This document shows, one piece after another, positions 1-8,484 of a stretch of DNA of 64,000 nt. The position numbers were made by a program, and so were the translations under genes. This DNA is from Syntrophales bacterium (GTDB lineage: Bacteria > Desulfobacterota > Syntrophia > Syntrophales > UBA2210). The stretch is taken from contig CAXXKT010000003.1 of NCBI GenBank assembly GCA_963662405.2, forward strand, positions 499,956 through 563,955, read 5' to 3'. The notes beneath the pieces are model-generated. The model saw only the letters and a list, made by a program, of their open reading frames with translations, was not told the origin of the DNA and searched no databases. The stretch's first letter is position 1; the number at the start of each line of letters is the position of its first letter.

Positions 1-3
1 CAT
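1..3 (-). CDS. Start codon of a gene that runs off the left edge; product unknown
   Basis: CAT at 1-3 preceded on the minus strand by a strong AAGGAGG Shine-Dalgarno (plus-strand cctcctt at 9-15). Confidence 0.55.
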
Positions 4-68
4 GGTGGCCTCCTTTTTCGGTATGTCGATAGAAAATACCCCGTGTTGCCGGGGTAATAACCGTATTT

Positions 69-1058
69 TTACCTTTTGTTTAAGATCAGGCCGATCGCCT
101 TTTCAAGTGCCTTATTGAACTCGTCGGGTCGGTTCATCATCAGGAAATGATCCGCCCCCTTCAGGACGATGGCGTCATAGGACGACATGTGGCGCCGGTT
201 CGCCTCGTAGTTGATCGGCCACAGGTCGCCGTTCACGGTGACCACCGGCACGCGGATCGTGTCGAATACGGTGGCCGCCTCCCCGGTAACGAACTGCGAA
301 ACCATTTCTTCCATTGCGCTGAGGGCGACGGTCGGGGGCGCGGCCGCCATGTCGGAGAGAATCCATTCACGGAGCTGGGGATTAGTACTATCATTAAGCA
401 TATCCGCCACGAAGCGGCGCGCCGCCGTGGGGAAATCCTGCTTCAGGGGGGCGATCATTGAGGCACGCTCTTTCTCCGTCATCCGATATTCGACGTTTTC
501 GAGTGTGTCGATACCGATGAGACCGATGACGCGATCCGGCATGAGCCGGGCCGCCTCGGCGATCACGGGACCGCCCATGGAATGACCGATCAGGATAATG
601 CGGTGGCTCCCGGTCGCCTCCGCGACCGCTCGGACATCCTCTCCGAAGGAGCGCATGGTGTAGCGCGAACGGGTCATTCCCGAATGGCCGTGCCCCGCGA
701 GATCGAGAAGGACGACACGGTGACTCCGGGAGAAGTGGGGTACCTGGGCGCGCCAGTAGCGGGCATCGCAGCTCCATCCGTGGATGAAGATGAGGGTCGG
801 TTCACCGGTGCCGTGGATCTCGTACGAGATGGGGTTGCCGTCTCCGGAGGGGACGACATGGGGCCACTGGGCGTTGGCATCCGTTGTTCCAAAAAGGAGA
901 AACAAGATCATCAGGCAAACGGCCGCTCCAATCAACTGCTCGGTGGCGAGGTTGCGCTTATGTCTGCTGTCTGTTCCGACTGTCGTGTTTGTATCTCGTA
1001 TCATCGTTGTTCTCTCTCTTCGTCGAATTATTTTGTATGCTGGGTGAAGTGACTGCAC
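69..1058 (-). CDS. Alpha/beta-fold hydrolase, probably secreted; true start may be about 1004 or later
   Basis: HGWS oxyanion motif, GHSMGG nucleophile elbow, GADH catalytic His, hydrophobic signal-like segment ending ANA-Q. Confidence 0.85.
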   Translation of the reverse strand: MQSLHPAYKIIRRRERTTMIRDTNTTVGTDSRHKRNLATEQLIGAAVCLMILFLLFGTTDANAQWPHVVPSGDGNPISYEIHGTGEPTLIFIHGWSCDARYWRAQVPHFSRSHRVVLLDLAGHGHSGMTRSRYTMRSFGEDVRAVAEATGSHRIILIGHSMGGPVIAEAARLMPDRVIGLIGIDTLENVEYRMTEKERASMIAPLKQDFPTAARRFVADMLNDSTNPQLREWILSDMAAAPPTVALSAMEEMVSQFVTGEAATVFDTIRVPVVTVNGDLWPINYEANRRHMSSYDAIVLKGADHFLMMNRPDEFNKALEKAIGLILNKR

Positions 1059-1162
1059 GCAGGAAGCGCCGCCCCTGTTCTCCGGGATTCTCTTTTCATT
1101 TCTCCCCCCTTTGTCCGTGGCACCCGGACACGATGAGTCATCCCCGGTAAGGGACGTTAAGA

Positions 1163-1190
1163 ATCATACACACTGAACATATTTTGTCAA
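1163..1190 (-). promoter_or_regulatory. Sigma70-like promoter for the hydrolase
   Basis: Minus strand TTGACA-N16-TATGAT with TG-rich sequence before the -10. Confidence 0.5.
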
Positions 1191-1264
1191 CTGATTGTCA
1201 GTGGTTAATAACAGGAGGCAGGAGCGGATGTATTGTGATCGGTTCTCCCTGAGAGCGTATGCCG

Positions 1265-1302
1265 AAAAAAACAGGGTGCCTTTCCCGGGAAAGGCACCCT
1301 GT
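1265..1302 (-). terminator. Rho-independent terminator after prxU
   Basis: Perfect 32-bp palindrome ACAGGGTGCCTTTCCC/GGGAAAGGCACCCTGT (1271-1302) followed by a T-run on the minus strand. Confidence 0.85.
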
Positions 1303-1331
1303 CTGGATCAGTCTTACGCTGTGGTTGTCCC

Positions 1332-2057
1332 TTAGTCGAAGGCCATCTCCGTCTTCCATTCCTTCCAGACGTTCCCGACCAGGTCTGGACCGGGTTTGAG
1401 TGTCTTCTTCCCCGGCCGCCAGCCGGAGGGGGTGGCCTCTGTCCCCTTCGACGCCCTGACGAGCTGGAAGGCCTGAACCTGACGGAGCGATTCATTGACG
1501 TTCCGCCCGACGGGGGGTGTCAGGACCTCGTAGCCCTGGATCACGCCGTCCGGGTCGATGATAAACCGCCCACGTGTCTCGACCCCCGCGTCCTCGTCGT
1601 AGATGCCGAAGATCGTGCCGACCTTGCCTCCGGCATCGGACAGCATGGGGAAGGGGACGCCCCCATTTACCATCTTCGACAGTTCGTTATCGTTCCACAT
1701 CTTGTGGACGAATACGCTGTCGATACTCATGGAGAGGATGTCCACGCCCAGCTTCTGGAATTCGGGGTATTTTTCAGCAACTGCTGAAATTTCGGTTGCT
1801 CAGACGAATGTGAAATCACCCGGGTAGAAGCAGAGGAGGACCCACTTGCCGAGGTGTTCCGAGAGCTGCACGTTGACGAATTTTCCCTTGTGATACGCTG
1901 GAGCCACAAAATCCGGTGCCTTCTTTCCGACCTGTATCATACTCCTCACCTCCTTCTGGACGGTTGGTTGTTCGAATTTCTCTTCGCTGACGGGTTCTCC
2001 CACCGGTCCACCCGTCGGTCGGGCGCATCCCGCCTTGATTTCCTCCGGCATAGGCAC
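1332..2057 (-). CDS. prxU: Selenocysteine-containing peroxiredoxin (AhpC/Prx1 family, PrxU-type), about 241 aa with UGA read-through
   Basis: ORFs 1800..2057 and 1332..1745 are one frame joined by TGA at 1802-1800. Reads [14 protein letters not shown], so Sec sits at the peroxidatic Cys position of the PxDFTFVCPTE motif. SECIS follows. Resolving-Cys motif is replaced by TPSGW. Confidence 0.93.
1772..1789 (-). promoter_or_regulatory. Bacterial SECIS element of prxU
   Basis: mRNA UUUCAGC-AGUU-GCUGAAA hairpin starting 10 nt after the UGA, with G as second loop base. Confidence 0.8.
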
Positions 2058-2259
2058 GAACCTCCTTTCACCGTATTGTGTTGGTCAGTAACCGTTTTTT
2101 TGGACCGGGGCGGATACCGTCCCGCGGCCAACTTATAACCATAATCTATATTTGCCGGAAAATTATAGCGTATACTGTCAGGCAAAACAAGGAGAGATGC
2201 AACCGCTCTGAGCGAATGACGGTGTTTTAGAAAGGGATATGAATGGTCCGGCCGATGCG

Positions 2260-4149
2260 TCAGGCTTTCTTCTTTGCCGGTGTGGTCTCCTCTTCCGAGA
2301 AGGGAATGGTCAGTTCGTACGTTCCACCCTTGACCACCGCGTGCAGGGGGAATGGTGCCTTTTCGAAGACCTTCAACATCGGTTTGTTCTCGATGAGGAT
2401 GTCCGCTGTGAAACCTTCCACGCCGCGCTTTCGGGCGATGCTGATCAGCAGATTCAAGAGAAACGATCCGATCCCCAGGCCCTGAAATTTTTCATCGATA
2501 ACGAAGGCCACGTCGGCATAGGGGCGGTCCTTCGAGAGGACGTACCGCCCTTCGGCGATGATCCGCAGCCGTCCCGCATCTTGAGCGAGACCGACGATCG
2601 ACATGATATGTCCGTAGTCGACATTCACGTACTCCTGCATCTTCATGTGAGGCATGGTCTTGATGGGACTGAAATAGCGATAGTAGACCGTCTTGTCGGA
2701 AAACCGGTAAAACAGTTTCCGCATATCCTCTTCATCGGAGGGCTTGATCGCGCGGAACCGGACGGAGACAGTTCCCGGAAAGACATGGGTATGCAGGATG
2801 TCGGCCGGGTACAGGTGTCCGTATTCAGTGAGGTATATCTGGTCGGAGTACAGAAGGTTTGCCTTTTTGGCCATCTTGACCAGTTCTCCCCGGTCGTCCG
2901 GATGGGCGACATCGATCAGCGCGAGCGCCCGTTCACGGAGACTCCTTCCCCTCATCGAGGCGACGCCGAACTCCGTTACGATCAGGTCGAGGGATTCGCG
3001 GTTCGTAAACTGGTGAGGGAGGTTCTCCACCGAGAGCAGGATATTCGATTTTCCCTCGAGGTTTCGGCTCGGGAGGGCGAAGATCGCCCGTCCTCCCTGT
3101 GAGAAGTTGGCCCCGGCAAATGCCTCATGCGCCTCGCCGGAACCGGGGCTGACGTTTCCTTTCCCGACGTGAAGGGTGATGTTCCCGGTCAGGTCGACCT
3201 TCCGGGCGGGAAGGACGGTAATGAACCGGTCATTCTGGCTCATGCTGTCCGGGTCGGTGGTCACGTCGATCCCCTGAAATTCGACGAGGGGATTATCGTT
3301 CAGCCAGGTCATCAGTTCCGGCGTCCCCATGGTATAGGAGGCCACGCTCTTGTATCGGAAGTGGGCCTTGTACCGGTTCGTGACGGCACCGGATTTGATG
3401 AGATCCATGAGGGCGTCCGTCATCATGAGGGAGTGGACACCCAGGTTCTTCTTGCGCGCGAGGTGCCTGGCGAGCGCCTCGAAAAGGGGACCGATAAAGA
3501 ATGCGACGCAACTCCCGTCTTCGATAACGGAGGCCACATTTTCCGCTACCCCGTCGAAGACCTTGTCGATGGGCCACCGGGGGAAATAGATGGGGGGGTC
3601 GGTGGAGTAGACAAGATGGGTGAAATCATTGACATGGACAACGGTGTCCCCGTGGGTGCGAGGGGTATGCTCATTGATCTCTCCGACGATGAGCGATGCG
3701 CGTTCCATGGCGTACCGGGCCACATCCACCGATGCGCCGAAGCTGGCGAATCCCGCCTCATCGGGAGGGGATATTTGGACAAAGGCCGCGTCGATGTCGG
3801 TACTCCCCGATTTAAACAGCGCGGGTATCCGGGAGGTCCTGCTGGGTATCAGGTCAACCCTCCCGGCGGTGATGGCCTCGTCGGCAACCCATCGGGAGAA
3901 GAATGTCCTGAGGCGGTATTTCTTGGCGTATCGTTCATCGATGGGGAGGGCATCTCCCAGACTCAGAAGCTGTATCAGCTCGAGATCCCGCAGGTTGCTG
4001 GCATTCGAAGCCGTCAGGTGCTTGATAAGGGTGCGCGGCTCGGCCGCCCCGGTCCCCACGAAGATATTCATCCCCGGCCGGATGTTATCGAGAATCTCCT
4101 CCGGTGAGGCGATCTTGTCTTTCCACTGGGATGAGATTGTATATGACAT
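2260..4149 (-). CDS. Acetyl-CoA hydrolase/transferase-like domains fused to a C-terminal Pat-type GNAT acyltransferase
   Basis: N-terminal 4-hydroxybutyrate CoA-transferase-like signatures (GTGAAEP, VQISPPDEAG, IVTEFGVASMRG, RERALALIDVAHPD). C-terminal GNAT (RAIKPSDE...VYYRYF...AFVIDEKFQGLGIG). Confidence 0.85.
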   Translation of the reverse strand: MSYTISSQWKDKIASPEEILDNIRPGMNIFVGTGAAEPRTLIKHLTASNASNLRDLELIQLLSLGDALPIDERYAKKYRLRTFFSRWVADEAITAGRVDLIPSRTSRIPALFKSGSTDIDAAFVQISPPDEAGFASFGASVDVARYAMERASLIVGEINEHTPRTHGDTVVHVNDFTHLVYSTDPPIYFPRWPIDKVFDGVAENVASVIEDGSCVAFFIGPLFEALARHLARKKNLGVHSLMMTDALMDLIKSGAVTNRYKAHFRYKSVASYTMGTPELMTWLNDNPLVEFQGIDVTTDPDSMSQNDRFITVLPARKVDLTGNITLHVGKGNVSPGSGEAHEAFAGANFSQGGRAIFALPSRNLEGKSNILLSVENLPHQFTNRESLDLIVTEFGVASMRGRSLRERALALIDVAHPDDRGELVKMAKKANLLYSDQIYLTEYGHLYPADILHTHVFPGTVSVRFRAIKPSDEEDMRKLFYRFSDKTVYYRYFSPIKTMPHMKMQEYVNVDYGHIMSIVGLAQDAGRLRIIAEGRYVLSKDRPYADVAFVIDEKFQGLGIGSFLLNLLISIARKRGVEGFTADILIENKPMLKVFEKAPFPLHAVVKGGTYELTIPFSEEETTPAKKKA

Positions 4150-4499
4150 AGCGCTTCCTGTTGATATGAATCAGTTGCCTTCCGATGTATCGAAGCAACA
4201 GTGCCTCCTCATACCACGTAGATGCTTGAAACACCACCGATATTTCCGGGGCATATCGAGGGACAGAGAGCTCTCACCGATTTTTTTCTGAAACCGCCCT
4301 CCTGGTCGAACTCGATGGACCAACAGTCGCTGTTGCTGTTTGAGAAGGTCGTCGGACGTTCGTGTGTAGCCCCCGCTGTTCTTCGAGCCCCTTGCCTGTG
4401 CATTCGGTAGAGGGTGTGATATACGAAAATGCGGGTACCGCTCCTGTACCGAAAAATTCAAGATCCTCCTTGCACGAAAGGATACGAAACAGAAGCACC

Positions 4500-4895
4500 G
4501 TATTTCAGGGCCTGCTCACCAAGAGCGTTGACCATTACCTTACGGAGCAGGCCGAAATGAATCATTCGTCCGGGACCGTGGTGAGTGCCGACTATTACGC
4601 GGTCCCCTGCTCGTTCGCGACCGGGAATCTGTCTGCGACAATCGATGATTGCCAGAGATGGTCGCGGATACTGGTCGATCTCCTGATCGTTTCCTCCGTG
4701 TCCCTTCAAGAGATGGTGGCGCCGCGCGAAGGTATCGTCAATGCGTTCGGTTATGGATACGGATGGGTCGCAGCCGAGCGATACGACCAGCCCTGTATCA
4801 TCTCTGCCGGCGCCGTCAATGGATTCAACCCGGCGATCCTGCTTCAGGGAGAGTGACATCACGATTCTCGTCCTTCGCAACCGGAAACCTTTAAG
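4500..4895 (+). pseudogene. Remnant of a serine hydrolase (beta-lactamase/PBP family) with internal deletion and frameshift
   Basis: VDHYLTEQAEMNHSSGTVV (family N-terminus) is joined directly to FATGNLSATIDD...LQEMVAP...GYGYGW...GAVNGF, then SDITILVLRN in another frame. SxxK and YxN motifs are absent. Confidence 0.6.
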
Positions 4896-5109
4896 TAAGC
4901 AGGATGATGTCTCTCCGGACTATCGCCCTCGATATCGCGGGCATCATCTGTGCGGGGAGGGGCGATCGATTGAAAGGGTGCCACGAGCCCGTGAGAAGGG
5001 AGCCTGCGCCGTTACGTCCCCATTGTGTGCAACCGCGCGAGGAACGTCTCCGCTTTCTCGCTGACAAGCGGTATCAATTCATTGCATTCATCTTGCCGTC
5101 GTTGAATCG

Positions 5110-5250
5110 CCACAGGAGGCTGTGCACCAGTTCCGACGAGATGTCCATGAATATCGAGACAAATCCGAGCACCCAGATACCCCCCGGCAACGCGCGGTAG
5201 GTGCGTGCCCCGGAAGTGTCCGATGCTGATGTGCCCGGTCCCGATGTCAT
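5110..5250 (-). pseudogene. 5' fragment of an MFS transporter
   Basis: ATG overlaps the upstream stop (ATGA, 5250-5247). LPGGIWVLGFVSIFMDISSELVHSLL matches the first TM helix of a common MFS subfamily, then similarity is lost and the frame stops at 5074. Confidence 0.65.
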
Positions 5251-6443
5251 ATCAGCCGCTTTCGTCTCATCATCCACAGAGAGGACACCAACAGCAGTAT
5301 CGCCATGGTGATGATCCCCCACTCGCTGAGCGTCGGGATCGATGATGGCATGGCAAATACGACATCACTGCCGTAAGAAGCTCCTCTGCCGTTCACGGCA
5401 TAGGCCCGCACGTAATAGGAGGTGCCGGGCGCCAGGCCGGTGAGGGCGCTGGCGAATGACCCGGTTCCCGTGCCGTCGGTGGTATGGCTGTAGGAGGCAA
5501 GGGGATGAGGGGATGTACTCCAACACACCCCTCGTTCCGTGACCGGATCACCGCCGTCACTGGAGACAGTGCCGCCGCCGGAAGCGGTGGTCGCCGTGAG
5601 AGCGGTAGTGGCTGTGGTCGTAACGACGGGAACGGTAACCGCGGGTCCGTTCTGGATGGTAAAGTATCGCGCACCGATGCCGTCACTGTTTCCGCCATTA
5701 TCCATTGCAACCCATTGAATGGTATGCACCCCGTCGGGGTAAAGGGTTGTATCGAAAGTATAATATCCTCCCGCACCGTTACTGTTGTTGAAGCCCGGCA
5801 GCAAACTTGAAAGATCTGCCCGGTATATATTGTAATTGGGATGCCCGACAAGAGCGCCATCAATATAGACGTGAATGGTGGAACCGTTGGTCGGAATCGT
5901 GTTTGGTTGTGGTGTCAACACCCAACCCCGGTTCATATAAGCGGAACCTGAAACGGTGGCGCCATGAGCAGGGGTGTCAAACGTCCCGAACGGCTTCACG
6001 GCATTGTTGTTGTCGCAATGGATGGTCTTTGTGCCCAGGGTTGTTTGGTTTCCTTCATTGTCAGTAGCTATGACCTGGAGGGTATAGGAGCTGTTTCCTC
6101 CGTCCGGCAGAAGATTACTGACCAGCGAATACCCCCAGCCCGCTTTCCGGCTATGAGGATAATAGGGAAAAGTGGCTGCCACATCCGGCCGCGCCCCTTC
6201 CACAAAAGCGCCGTCGGCTATATAGACCCGGTTTGTCCCGTCCATACGGTAGATCCTGACGCTTGCAACCTCCACATCGTCCAGCGCCCATCCGGTTACC
6301 ATGACGGTGCCACGCACCGTGGAACCATTGATGGGGGTATCGAAGGAACCGAAGGGACCCGCGCCCAGCGCCTGTTGTGAAAGAACCATCAGGAGCGTGA
6401 TTCCCGCAATCGTGAACCAGCCGACCCTTTTTGCAGAAGACAT
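5247..6443 (-). CDS. Secreted IPTL-CTERM sorting-domain protein with two Ig-like repeats and an FN3-like domain
   Basis: Signal peptide, repeats PFGSFDTP..GWAL / PFGTFDTP..GWVL, FN3-like VTERGVCWS..LTGLAPGTSYYVRAYA, C-terminal IPTLSEWG + TM helix + RRKR. Confidence 0.85.
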   Translation of the reverse strand: MSSAKRVGWFTIAGITLLMVLSQQALGAGPFGSFDTPINGSTVRGTVMVTGWALDDVEVASVRIYRMDGTNRVYIADGAFVEGARPDVAATFPYYPHSRKAGWGYSLVSNLLPDGGNSSYTLQVIATDNEGNQTTLGTKTIHCDNNNAVKPFGTFDTPAHGATVSGSAYMNRGWVLTPQPNTIPTNGSTIHVYIDGALVGHPNYNIYRADLSSLLPGFNNSNGAGGYYTFDTTLYPDGVHTIQWVAMDNGGNSDGIGARYFTIQNGPAVTVPVVTTTATTALTATTASGGGTVSSDGGDPVTERGVCWSTSPHPLASYSHTTDGTGTGSFASALTGLAPGTSYYVRAYAVNGRGASYGSDVVFAMPSSIPTLSEWGIITMAILLLVSSLWMMRRKRLI

Positions 6444-6560
6444 ATGGACACCTCCTTTTTGGAACGTCCGTGTGGATCAACCTGGCAACAACTTCTTTTC
6501 ACGGGATGATCCCGTATCAATGTTGAGCCGAAGCTCTCTATCACCTTACCGCGAGGGGGG

Positions 6561-7247
6561 CTATTCCTTCAACGGTTTCTCAAAATGCTGATAATCCTTC
6601 AGCGAGGTCCAGTCGCCCCCCCACTCCCAGCCGAGCCCCACAAAGGTGCGCACGATGGGATGGTCCGCCGTCAGCGTTCCCGCGATGTTCGGATCGTACG
6701 CTGATCCCGGGGGGAGGATGGTCGTCCCCTTGATGTAGGGGTTCAGAAAAGGATTGATGTCAATCGCCCTACCGTACGCGTGTTTCGATAGGCGGGTGCC
6801 GCCCGTGATCACCCGGTAGTTGAAGGCGGAGGTATTGTTGGCCGCCATGGAGAGATCGTCGTCCCAGCGGCCGTTTTTGCGAAACCGCTTGTCTGAGATC
6901 GGAATGACGGAGGAGATGGGAAAGCGCTCACGGAGCGCCACTTCAAAGACGGTCCTGACGTCATCCGCCACCTCACTGTCAATGACCAGCTGCCCCTCGT
7001 GCACCTTCCTGTCGAAGGAGTAGTAGGTGACCGTGACGACCTTCTGCCGTGCGCGGATATCCGCCGGGCATGTTTCATCCAGGCCGTCAAAGGCTTCCTC
7101 CCGGGTCATTCGGCTGTCAATGATCGGTTCTCCCGGAGCCCCGGCATAGGCCGAAGGGTCGACGGAAAAACCGGTAAGAACGAGCAAAAGGAAAAAGAAC
7201 AACAGGAACACAAGACGGATGTGCTTCATTATTAAAATGACCTCCAA
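6561..7247 (-). CDS. M15-family metallopeptidase (cell-wall peptidase), secreted or membrane-anchored
   Basis: NNTSAFNYR, LSKHAYGRAIDINP and WEWGGDW..KDYQHFE zinc motifs; N-terminal hydrophobic segment. Confidence 0.85.
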   Translation of the reverse strand: MEVILIMKHIRLVFLLFFFLLLVLTGFSVDPSAYAGAPGEPIIDSRMTREEAFDGLDETCPADIRARQKVVTVTYYSFDRKVHEGQLVIDSEVADDVRTVFEVALRERFPISSVIPISDKRFRKNGRWDDDLSMAANNTSAFNYRVITGGTRLSKHAYGRAIDINPFLNPYIKGTTILPPGSAYDPNIAGTLTADHPIVRTFVGLGWEWGGDWTSLKDYQHFEKPLKE

Positions 7248-8350
7248 TCAAGGTATGAATACCGATTTCTGGTTCGGCCGAAGGCGTCAGCCGCTCTGAA
7301 CGCGGAAAAGACCATTTCCGCCGTCACCGGCATCGGTTCGTTGTGCATGGTCTCGCCTTCCTTGCAGGCCGCCTCCGCCACCTTCATGAGGGAATCATCG
7401 AGGATATCCGCCAGACCGATATCAGCAAGCGTTGTCGGCAAGCCGACGGCCTGGCAGAACGAAAAAACCTGTTCGATCACATCCATCGGTTTGTCCGTCA
7501 GGAAAAGCGACACCAGCGTGCCGATGGCGACCTTTTCGCCGTGAAAATAGCTCCTCGTTTGTGGCAGTACGGTCAGACCGTTATGGATGGCATGCGCGGC
7601 GGCGAGCCCGCCACTCTCGAATCCCAGCCCGCTCAATAGGGTATTCGCCTCCACGATATGTTCCAGGGCCGGCGTTGTGACCTGCGCTTCGCACGCCAGC
7701 CTGGCGGAAAGGCCGTATTCCATGAGCGCCTTGTAGCACAGTTCGGCCAATGCCAGGGCGGCCATAGAGCCGATGTCTCCCGCCATATTCGCGGCATAGT
7801 TTGCTCTGCACGATTCCGCTTCGAACCATGTGGCGAGGGCGTCCCCCATACCGGACACCAGAAACCGGACGGGGGCGTGCGCGATGATGGCCGTGTCGAC
7901 CAGTACAAGCTCCGGATTCCGGGGAAAGAACAGATAGCGCTTGAATGTCCCCGCCTGTGTGTAGATCACCGATAGCGCGCTGCAGGGGGCATCGGTAGAG
8001 GCGATCGTCGGCACAATGGCGACGGGGAGTTGTAATGAGTCAGCGACCGCCTTTGCCGTGTCCAGGGTCTTCCCCCCGCCGATCCCGACGATGATGTCGG
8101 ACTTCCCCCTCTCTGCCAGGGAGGACAGTCTGTCTATCTCTTCATCCGAACATTCCCGTTGAAACGCCTCTGCGGTAAAGTGGATATGCTCTTGAATGGT
8201 GCCCCGGAGGGCAGGCAGTAGGTTCTCAAAAACAAAAGGGGTGCAGATACCGAAGAGATTTTGGCCGAACCGGGATATCTCGGAACCGAGTCTCTGAATG
8301 GCATGAGGACCCTGGACGTACCGACCGGGGAACAGCGTCGTACTGATCAT
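7232..8350 (-). CDS. gldA: Glycerol dehydrogenase
   Basis: FPGRYVQG start with GAGGAG RBS; GIGGGKTLD, PTIASTDAPCSALSV, GLAAAHAIHNGLT, HGEKVA. Confidence 0.92.
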   Translation of the reverse strand: MISTTLFPGRYVQGPHAIQRLGSEISRFGQNLFGICTPFVFENLLPALRGTIQEHIHFTAEAFQRECSDEEIDRLSSLAERGKSDIIVGIGGGKTLDTAKAVADSLQLPVAIVPTIASTDAPCSALSVIYTQAGTFKRYLFFPRNPELVLVDTAIIAHAPVRFLVSGMGDALATWFEAESCRANYAANMAGDIGSMAALALAELCYKALMEYGLSARLACEAQVTTPALEHIVEANTLLSGLGFESGGLAAAHAIHNGLTVLPQTRSYFHGEKVAIGTLVSLFLTDKPMDVIEQVFSFCQAVGLPTTLADIGLADILDDSLMKVAEAACKEGETMHNEPMPVTAEMVFSAFRAADAFGRTRNRYSYLDWRSF

Positions 8351-8484
8351 TCGACTCCTCTTTCTTCTTAATAGGGTAACACCGCTTATAATGTGTGGAC
8401 TCGCAATAATCAATGACAAAAATCCGGTAAGCGAACCTTCGGTGAGCCTCGGTTGAAGCTTTGGGAGAAATGTTCAGGAGCGTG

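Noticed and set aside
1129..1160. CGATGAGTC...GACG, resembling a hammerhead ribozyme core
   Set aside because: The required CUGAnGA and GAAA core nucleotides are not intact.
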